64,000 nt of DNA, from the IMG/VR virus record IMGVR_UViG_3300045988_173968; one strand, 5' to 3'. The notes beneath the pieces are model-generated. The model had not been told where the DNA came from. It made no database searches and saw only the letters and a list, made by a program, of their open reading frames with translations. Positions 7,346-15,435 of this stretch are shown here, in pieces. Position 1 is the stretch's first letter, and every line of letters begins with the position of its first letter. The DNA is from a virus. Both the position numbers and the translations under genes were made by a program.

Positions 7346-7516
7346 GATTTTTACCTCCATACAGACTATTGCTCCAAACAGGCTTAATAGCATTTTTGCC
7401 ATCTGGAATGCTTGCTTTCAGCCGCTTTTACGCCTAAACAATTGGCATAAAAGCGTTGCCCGATACCCGGCACGAGGAGCCATCAAGCATGGGTATCTTT
7501 TCGCTCATTAAGGGAT

Positions 7517-7550
7517 AAAGCAAAGCCCCGACAGCATAAGCCATCGGGGC
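7517..7550 (-). terminator. rho-independent terminator
   Basis: GCCCCGA...UCGGGGC hairpin followed by UUUGCUUU on the minus strand, after gene 7566..8504. Confidence 0.65.
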
Positions 7551-7565
7551 TTTTCCCATTCGTTT

Positions 7566-8504
7566 TTACGCGGCAGCTTTAGCGGACTTCTTGCCTTTGC
7601 CGCCTTTGCCCTTTTTGGGAGCGGGCGCGGGGGTAGCGGCAGCCTCAGCCTTTGCAACAGCAGCCTTTTCCTCAGCAACCTTAGCAGCAGCCTCAGCCTT
7701 AGCAGCCTTTTCATCGGCATTTTTCTTAGACCATTCATCAGCGGTGAGACCCTTAATCTCATCGAGCTTTTTCTGGGCATCATCGACTTTCTTCTGGAAT
7801 TGGGCGATTTTGGCATCGCAGATATCGGAGAGAGCCTTAAACTCTGCCTTTACAGCTTCAGAGGAATTTTTTGCAGCACGAACCTCATAGGCGGATTTGT
7901 TGGCTTTTTCCGCTTCAATGTTGGCATTATTCTTGCGAATAGTGCCTACGAGCTTATTCAGGGCACGGAGAAACTCACGCTCATTATCAGTCATAACCTC
8001 GGCTTGGTTCATACGGATACCGAGAATGGTTTCAACCTTATTGCGGAAAATGCCCTCGGGTACGGTTGCCCAGACCTTTTGCGCAACAAAATTTTCGTCC
8101 ATATCGGTGTTCACAGCATTCGCCTGAAATCTCTGAACGACGGTCATCAGATCCTCAATGTCGCGGGGGTGGACGATAATGCGTCTCTGATCCTTTTCTG
8201 CTTCACCCCAGTCCAAAATCTGACGCCACAGGTCAAAAACCTTGTTGCGACGCTCTTTCAGAGCCTTTTCATGCTCCATGGGATTGGTCATGAAGTCCTT
8301 AGACTTGCCATAGCGAACATAGTCGCAGAGTGCCTCATACAGGACAGAAATGCTATCCTTGTAGATGGCAAACTGACTTTCAGTCACATTGTTCAGAATA
8401 GCCGCCTCAGACTTGATTGCACCACGGTTTCCATTGTCATAGGCGCTCAGCAGAGCATCGTGCATCCAGTTAATGCAGTGAACTTTCTTTTCAGTGTTAG
8501 CCAT
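7566..8504 (-). CDS. hypothetical protein with a Lys/Ala-rich basic C-terminal tail (312 aa)
   Basis: ORF 7566..8561. Start refined to MANTEKK, after AAAGAGG. The tail AEKAAKAEAAAKVAEEKAAVAKAEAAATPAPAPKKGKGGKGKKSAKAAA is histone-H1-like. Confidence 0.65.
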   Translation of the reverse strand: MANTEKKVHCINWMHDALLSAYDNGNRGAIKSEAAILNNVTESQFAIYKDSISVLYEALCDYVRYGKSKDFMTNPMEHEKALKERRNKVFDLWRQILDWGEAEKDQRRIIVHPRDIEDLMTVVQRFQANAVNTDMDENFVAQKVWATVPEGIFRNKVETILGIRMNQAEVMTDNEREFLRALNKLVGTIRKNNANIEAEKANKSAYEVRAAKNSSEAVKAEFKALSDICDAKIAQFQKKVDDAQKKLDEIKGLTADEWSKKNADEKAAKAEAAAKVAEEKAAVAKAEAAATPAPAPKKGKGGKGKKSAKAAA

Positions 8505-9333
8505 AATAATACCTCTTTCATCAAAATGCGTGCTATTGCACATTTTCTTATGCTCGAACACTCATGAGCATACCAATGCCCCCAATGGCAAGCATCAGGG
8601 GCACGCCGTATGCTCACGAATAAGCCCTCAGAGGTATTCACGATTAGAGCCATCAGGACAATCATTTTCGCTTGCTCACCGTGTTCGCGGCGCTCAAGCC
8701 ATTAGCGCAGGTTCGGATCAACTTAATGCCATATGGTCTGCAAGATTGTTCATCAGGTTCCAACCAATCCTACCCATCAAGCCATTCTCAAGCACGAGAT
8801 TTTTCACTCGCTCGATACTCTCGCATCGCTCAAGTGTTCATTGATAAAGAGGTGGTTTTCTCCATCTCGCCTCAGCATTTCCTCAAGCCGAGTTTAGGTT
8901 ATGCAGGCATAAACCTCTGGGCATTTTCACCATCTGCTCCAGCGACGGCCTCGAGCTTAAACCACTTCCCAGCGGGTTTCATAGGTCACGCGGTTGTGGC
9001 GCTTTTGGCTTGTTTTTTGTTTCCCCCGCCGCCCGCCGCTTGCTTTCGTTTCGCGGCGGGGCGGGGCGGGGGGCTTTCGCTGTGGGGGCTTGCGCCCCGC
9101 ACCTACTATGTATTTGAAACGCACATAACCGACATACTAATTTTGCTATATTTATATAACAGTTTTGTTATATACGCACCGCCCCATATACGCGCGGGCG
9201 GAAAAGTGCCTGCAATCGCTTGCAAGGCGGCAAATTTGCGCCGTGCGCGGTTTTTGTGCGCGGCGCGTAAAATTTTACGATTGAAACAGAAAGCCGCCGT
9301 AAAACGCATTCACGGCGGCGCGGCGAAAGGCAT

Positions 9334-9363
9334 AAAAAAAGCCCCCCGCAAAAAGCGGGGGGC
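9334..9363 (-). terminator. rho-independent terminator
   Basis: GCCCCCCGC-UUUUU-GCGGGGGGC followed by a U7 run on the minus strand, after ORF 9375..10260. Confidence 0.75.
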
Positions 9364-9374
9364 GGGGGGTAAAA

Positions 9375-10260
9375 TTAGAGGGTAAAGGCGGCGCGGGCGG
9401 CGGTGAAAATTCTTTCAATCATCTTTTGTTCCGCGCCTGAAAGCGCTTTCATATTGCGGGCGGCCCCATTGTATGCGGCCCATGCTTTTTCGCGGGGGAT
9501 TTTACCCTTGCAATAGCTTTCAATCCATTCCACGACGGCGGCGCACTCCGCGGCTGTTTCCGTATTATCGCGGGCTTTCAGATTGACAATATAGATATTG
9601 CTATCGTCATCATCGGCGGCGGGTGCATAGTCCATTTTAACGGCCTGAGCGCGGGCGGCGTTGATATTGCGCCATACTGCTTTCATTCCCTCTTTCAGTA
9701 TATCGGCGTCGGGGGCGGCGGTGAGCATTGCGACAATGGCGTCTTGTACCATATCGCAACAGATACCGCCCGCCATATACGCGGCTATGCTTCCGTCATT
9801 CCATGCGGCGGCGGCGGTGCTTTCGCGGTTTGCGCGGGCGGCTTTCGCTATCTTGCTTTCAGCTTTCATGCGTACTTTCGCGCGGCTATCGGCTTTCGCG
9901 GCTTTCACGGCGGGGGCACTGTTTTTGGGGGCGCGGATTGCCTTGCAAGCCTTTTCCGCTTTCGCTTTCGCGTTTACGGCGGCGGTATTCATGCGGCGCA
10001 CTTTATACCGCGCGGCTTTCGTTCCATAATGGGCGGCGGCCGTTTCCATGCGTTTCACATAGGCGGCGGCGCGGCATAATTCATTGTAGTACTCACGCAT
10101 TGTTTCCGCGCCATTGCTTTCGGCTTTCCCGCCGCGATACAAATATCGAACGGCGTACATTGTCGCTTTCAGCCCATAGTAGTAGGGGCGGGCATTGATG
10201 GCGGCGGGGGTAACAGTTTCGCGGGCGGTGCTTTCGGTTTTGTTCATGTTCTCTTTCATG
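9375..10260 (-). CDS. Ala-rich hypothetical protein in the G+C-rich island. The C-terminal half is faintly sigma-factor-like (speculative).
   Basis: ORF 9375..10313. Start refined to MKENMNK, after GAAAGAAAGGA. It has its own terminator. GCG/GCC-rich codon usage is unlike the neighbouring genes. Confidence 0.5.
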
Positions 10261-10698
10261 GTATTCCTTTCTTTCGTGCCTTTCGCCTTTTGGGGCTGTT
10301 TGGCATTGTGCATGGTTATTTGGTATCCGCCCCCATGCGGGCGGTATTTTGGGCGGGGGATTATCCCCCTTGCCTATTGTATCAGTTTTCCGCACCCATT
10401 GCAATACCCTTTTTGCAGATATTCACACGCCCCATTTTCACATTTTGGGGTATGGGGGGGTATTTTTCACCGCATACCCCGCCGCTTTTGCCCAGCCAGA
10501 TGCTAGCTGTTCATTCCCGTTCAGTCAATTCACTAATCCCCTCACCCATAGCGAAAAAGCCCAGTTTCAACGCAAAAACAGCCACTACACCAATTAAACC
10601 TTACAGAGAAAAAATACCACTTTTCAGTGGCAAACTTCAAAAAATCCCGTTTCACCGGTAACAACCGTATATTTATACGGCAAATTCTCCAAACGCCA

Positions 10699-10727
10699 TA
10701 TACAAATACCTTTTTTGATGATATAAT
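10699..10727 (+). promoter_or_regulatory. sigma-70-type promoter upstream of the recombinase gene
   Basis: TATACA, 17-nt spacer, TATAAT with an extended -10 (TGATATAAT). Confidence 0.45.
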
Positions 10728-10761
10728 ATACTCAGAAACTAAGGTTCAAGGAGGTACATAT

Positions 10762-11556
10762 ATGGAGAGAATTGCAAAGGTTGAGTTAGAGGAAATCGAA
10801 GAGAAGGAGCTTGCGGAGAGCAAAGCAGCTGAGCCTATTAAGGACAAGGAAGACATTCGCCGTATATCGGAGTATCTGGTAGAGCAAGGCCGGTACAGAG
10901 ACAACATGCTGTTTATTGTAGGGATCAATGTAGGACTGAGAGTTAGCGACCTGATAGAGCTACGGTTCAGTGACTTTATTGATGCCGATGGCAAGTACAA
11001 GACAGAGTTTGATGTATTTGAGCATAAGACTCGCAAGAGCCGCAAGAACCCAAAGAATAGACGGATAGGTATTAACGAAGCAGTGGTTTGGGCTATTGAT
11101 GAATACCTGAACAATGAAGCCCGCAAGGGCAATAAAATAAAACTAAATGAATATTTATTTCCGGCGACCAGGAGCGACACAGAGACTGGGCATATAAACC
11201 GGAAAACTGTGGACATGATGATTAAGGGAGTTATTAAGGATTTAGGTATTCAGGTTAAGGCAAGCACACACACCTTACGCAAGACATTCGGGTATCAGAT
11301 GATGGAAGCAGCTCCGGTTGGCAAAAAGGAAGCTACTCTGTTACTGCTTCAGGAGATTTACGGGCATTCCGACAGCCGTACAACTAGACGATACATTGGC
11401 ATTACTCAGGATGATATTACGGATGCGTACTTGGGATTAAACCTTGGATTAGGCCCAAGACTGCAAAAGTGGTATGAAGGCCACCCCGCCAATGAACAAG
11501 GTGATCAAGTGAAATTTATTGATTTTTGTTCAGGAAAAAATGTGATTAACGGATAA
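10762..11556 (+). CDS. tyrosine site-specific recombinase (phage integrase family, 264 aa, no arm-binding domain)
   Basis: ATG after AAGGAGG. Catalytic signature GLRVSDL (R), HTLRKTF (HxxR), GHSDSRTTRRY (H...Y). Confidence 0.85.
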   Translation: MERIAKVELEEIEEKELAESKAAEPIKDKEDIRRISEYLVEQGRYRDNMLFIVGINVGLRVSDLIELRFSDFIDADGKYKTEFDVFEHKTRKSRKNPKNRRIGINEAVVWAIDEYLNNEARKGNKIKLNEYLFPATRSDTETGHINRKTVDMMIKGVIKDLGIQVKASTHTLRKTFGYQMMEAAPVGKKEATLLLLQEIYGHSDSRTTRRYIGITQDDITDAYLGLNLGLGPRLQKWYEGHPANEQGDQVKFIDFCSGKNVING

Positions 11557-11828
11557 TAGCCCATATTTTTTGCATTCTAACTGCAAAATTTGCAAACTGG
11601 TTGCAAAAAATTTTTAGAAAACCGCTTGATCAATAGGCTTTACGGTACCTGTCCCTTAAAAGGAAATTATAAAGGCTAACAGTTTAACGAAAAATGGGCA
11701 AGGGTACATACGCAGGAAGAGGACGCTACCATACCACTTGCCCCCAAGCCCCCATTGTATGTGCATGGTGGATACTGTACGCCAATGGAGGACAGTCATT
11801 ATTATCTTTCGAGGACATATGTTTGTCC

Positions 11829-13076
11829 ATGAAATACACTTTTGGAAAGAAGGAATGTTTATTGAAGACAGTAAAAGTCTGCGACTCTATCATGGGCTCA
11901 GGCAAGACGAGTGCAGCGATACGGATGATGAACGAGGAAAGGGATAAGAGATTCATCTTTATTACTCCGTTCCTTGCTGAAGCTGACCGCATCGCAGAGG
12001 AATGCGAAAGCAGAGGTTTTACGGTTCCTGTTAAGGTTAAGGGCAGGAAACAGGAATGTCTGCACCAACTGTTGCGGGAAAAGAGGAATGTGTCCACCAC
12101 TCACGCACTGTTTCTGGACAGTACGGAGGAGACTATCCGGTTAATTGAAGAAGGCGGATACACATTAGTTCTCGACGAGGTACTTGAACTGTTCGAGAGC
12201 AAGGACATCTCGGAGGACGATGTGAACCTGTTGCAGATTGGCGGAGTAATTGAGATTAAGGAGAACGGTTCTGTTGTCTGGCTAAACGAAGAGTATGATG
12301 GTGTGTTTGCGGACTATAAGGAGATGGCACTGACTGGCGAACTTTATTACATCAATGATCGGCTGATGTTTTACTCCTATCCTGCTGATGTACTTAAGGC
12401 GTTTGAGGAAGTGTATGTGCTAACTTACATGTTCGCCGCCCAGACACAAAGATACTACTTTGACATGCGCGGTATTGGTTATGAGTACATCGGAACAAAG
12501 AAGCTGCCGGACGGGGGGTACATTTTCACCGAACGGGCGGAGGTACCTGAGTACGCTAGACACCTTAAGGAAAAGATACATATTGTGGACAGTGAGAAGA
12601 TGAACAGTGTAGGTAATGGGAAGTATGCCTTGTCTATGAGATAGTTCCAAGAGAGAGCCGAGCCGGAAGCCGTCGAGCAGATTAAAAAGAACCTACTAAA
12701 TTATTTTCAAGCAATTAGTGGTTCCAAGGCATCTGACCGCTTGTGGGCAACATACAACGTTTCCAAGGATAAGTTGCAGGGGCGTTATGGTCAAAGCTTT
12801 CTCTCCTTCAACTCTCGTGCGACAAATAGCTACAGAGACAAGACCTGTCTGGCGTATCTAGTAAATGTATTTATGAATCCATTTGAGTACAACTTCTTTA
12901 CGGCGCAGGGCGTCCAGCCAGACCAAGATGGGTATGCACTGTCTGTTATGGCTCAGTGGATCTGGCGGTCGGCTATCCGCGAGGGCAAAGACATTGAGAT
13001 TTACATACCGTCCAAGCGAATGCGAGACCTGTTGATTGCATGGTGCGATAGACTGGAGAAGGGAGAGATGCGGTAA
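11829..13076 (+). CDS. P-loop NTPase (helicase-like) with an in-frame TAG at 12642
   Basis: Walker A GSGKTS and Walker B LVLDEV. ORFs 11694..12644 and 12741..13076 are in the same frame, separated only by TAG. Start chosen at MKYTFGK. Confidence 0.55.
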
Positions 13077-13077
13077 T

Positions 13078-13470
13078 ATGGAGCCTGCTTATAAGATATT
13101 GGCCGTTGAGTTTGATGAAACCATCTTCCGGCGAGACCTGAAGACATGGAAGTACGAAGCCAACTGGGAAGTCGTACAGTACATACGGCAAAAAGCCAAA
13201 GAGGGCTGGGACATCGTTCTGATAACAAACCGTTTCAATAAGTGGACACTGAATGAGGCAATTAAGCTGTGTGAAAATGTTGATATACGGTTTTCTGAGA
13301 TCAACGATAACCCATGGTGGGTGTATGCCATTAAGGGACAGCCAAATAAGATTTACTGGAATGAGCTAATTGACCGCTGGGGTTTCCATGAGGCGAAAGG
13401 TTGCGAGATTCCCGAAGGATTTGACGAGAACTGGGGGTTAGAAGATGAGACGAAAAATATTAGCAGTTGA
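13078..13470 (+). CDS. HAD-like protein, paralog 1 (motif I reads EFDET)
   Basis: Internal ATG of ORF 13036..13470. Similar to the next gene (ILAVxFDxTxF, EGW). Confidence 0.5.
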   Translation: MEPAYKILAVEFDETIFRRDLKTWKYEANWEVVQYIRQKAKEGWDIVLITNRFNKWTLNEAIKLCENVDIRFSEINDNPWWVYAIKGQPNKIYWNELIDRWGFHEAKGCEIPEGFDENWGLEDETKNISS

Positions 13471-13792
13471 TTTTGATGACACTTTGTTTTGGACAGATTA
13501 CTACAGTTATGAATACGAGCCGAACTGGCCGGTGATCAATTATGTCCGTAAGCGCCAGAAAGAAGGGTGGATCATCATCCTGTGGACTTGTCGGTATAGA
13601 GAGGAAGCTGTGGCAGAAGCAGTAGCAAAGTGTGAAGAGTACGGGATTAAACCTGACTATGTAAATGAAAACGCCGCCCAAACGATTGAGCGGTATGGCG
13701 ACCCAAGAAAAATTTTGTGTGACGAGCTGATTGATGATACGGTTCGGCACACGGTAAAGGAGATTTATAAGAATGTAGGGAATCTATTATGA
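13445..13792 (+). CDS. HAD-superfamily phosphatase-like protein, paralog 2 (motif I DFDDT)
   Basis: ORF from the track. DxDxT motif near the N-terminus. Confidence 0.6.
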   Translation: MRRKILAVDFDDTLFWTDYYSYEYEPNWPVINYVRKRQKEGWIIILWTCRYREEAVAEAVAKCEEYGIKPDYVNENAAQTIERYGDPRKILCDELIDDTVRHTVKEIYKNVGNLL

Positions 13793-13984
13793 AAGCAATG
13801 ACGGTACCTCTCGGAAGATTGGGATGGTGAGTAAGTTTGATGACTATTGGGATATAGTCAAAAAGGACTTCGCTGTACGAGGGATAACTCCGTACTATTA
13901 CCGCTACTGGGGCGATGAGAACGAGATGACTGTTGATTTCGGGAGCTGGTCAACATTCATTAAGGTGCGGAAGGAGGAACCGTG

Positions 13985-14554
13985 ATGAACTACTATATTG
14001 CTGACACCCACTTTGGGCACCGCAATATCATCAACTTTGATGGTCGCCCTTTCCACGACATTACTGAAATGAAGCTTGCGTTGATTGCTCGCTGGAATAA
14101 ACGAGTTACCAGCGAGGATACCGTATTTATCCTTGGCGACTTTTGCTGGGGTAAGGCCCCGGAGTGGATAGAACTGCTTTCTGCTTTGAACGGCAATAAG
14201 GTTCTCATTCGTGGCAACCACGACCTGCGAAATATGCCGGCTGAGCTTCGTCATATGTTTGCCGATGTGAAGGACTACAAGGAGGTAAAGGACGGGGATA
14301 GACTGGTCATTATGTGCCACTACCCTATCCCCTGCTATAAAAAGGACTATGACCCGAATGTATACATGCTCCACGGACATGTCCACGAAACGCAGGAGTG
14401 GGCTCACACTCACACCATTGTGAGCTTTATGAAAGAATCCAATCCGGGAAAGTATCAAGGTAATGTGTACAATGTCGGAGCAATGATGGATTACATGGAC
14501 TACACTCCAAGAATTCTGGACGAAATCATTGCCGGAGGAAGCAAATATTATTAA
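13985..14554 (+). CDS. metallophosphoesterase
   Basis: Motifs DTHFGH, GDFCW, GNHD, HGHVH. Confidence 0.8.
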   Translation: MNYYIADTHFGHRNIINFDGRPFHDITEMKLALIARWNKRVTSEDTVFILGDFCWGKAPEWIELLSALNGNKVLIRGNHDLRNMPAELRHMFADVKDYKEVKDGDRLVIMCHYPIPCYKKDYDPNVYMLHGHVHETQEWAHTHTIVSFMKESNPGKYQGNVYNVGAMMDYMDYTPRILDEIIAGGSKYY

Positions 14555-14572
14555 GAAAGGACTACATAAATT

Positions 14573-14833
14573 ATGAAGTACCGAAAGCTCCCTGTTGTAA
14601 TCGAAGCATTTAAGCTCGGATCTCAGCCAACTCCCCCATGGTTCCTTAACGCTGTACGGGATGGTCGCGTACAGATGCACTACGATGAGAAATTGTGGTG
14701 TGAGGTAAATACGCTGGAAGGTATTATGACAGCTTCCCAGTGTGAAGACTACATAGTGCAAGGCATAGACGGCGAACTCTATCCTTGCAAAGCAAACATA
14801 TTTGAGAAAACATATGAGGAGGTCGTTGAATGA
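14573..14833 (+). CDS. hypothetical protein (86 aa)
   Basis: ORF from the track, coupled to the next gene. Confidence 0.55.
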   Translation: MKYRKLPVVIEAFKLGSQPTPPWFLNAVRDGRVQMHYDEKLWCEVNTLEGIMTASQCEDYIVQGIDGELYPCKANIFEKTYEEVVE

Positions 14834-15333
14834 GTGTAGTTTGTGCGAGAAAGTATGAAGATAAAATAATTATGGCTGCTGACTCGATTCTTTGCCAAGG
14901 CGATATGAAACGCACAAAAGGGGATGTCGTAAAGCTTCGCTCTATCAATGGAATGGGGATTGGCGGATGTGGGATGGCGCAGGAGATTAGCCTTATGTTT
15001 CGGTTTGCTGATACTCACCTCCCATCTTCCGCTACAGAAGCTGGAATGCAGGATTTTATCGTTGAGTTTTCCAAATAGAAGCATGGTTACGATGGAGATT
15101 ATAGTGTCGAAAATGTATATCTGATTACATACAAGGGCCATTTATTCTGTGTTGAAGATTTTCTCGTTTATGAGGTGAAAGAATACGAAGCTATCGGAGC
15201 CGGAATGTATTACGGTTTGACTGCTTTGTATCTTGGACACACGCCAAGAGAAGCCGTAAAAGTATCGTGTGACCTGTGCTGCTATGTGGCAGAGCCAATT
15301 ATTGAGGTAGAGTTCCCGAGAGAGGAGGAATGA
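14830..15333 (+). CDS. HslV/proteasome-beta-like Ntn-hydrolase homolog with an in-frame TAG at 15076
   Basis: The pattern [17 protein letters not shown]...GIGGCG...AIGAGMYYG...CDLCCYV parallels HslV (IVSVRR..VIAGDG...FAGG...AIGSGG...GDICIY). The ORF continues in frame past the TAG to the TGA at 15333. Confidence 0.55.
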
Positions 15334-15435
15334 CCAAGTGGATAACGATTACATCGTCGATGTGAATACTCGGGACGGCAGCCGATTTATGGCTGAGTAG
15401 AATGAGTACATAGAAGAATGGGAGGGTGAGCAACA

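Noticed and set aside
8672-10661. Many overlapping plus-strand ORFs (8672..9385, 9661..10029, 9728..10198, 9744..10079, 10195..10506, 10290..10661, 10349..10597) and the minus-strand ORF 10093..10404
   Set aside because: They are artefacts of the stop-poor G+C-rich island. They overlap one another in several frames, have Arg/Ala/Gly/Pro-rich nonsense composition and lack RBSs. Only 9375..10260 on the minus strand has an RBS and a terminator.
13904-14761. 285-aa minus-strand ORF, and 15871..16563 on the minus strand
   Set aside because: They are antisense to the metallophosphoesterase (all four signature motifs present) and to the RNA polymerase. Neither has any motif or RBS.
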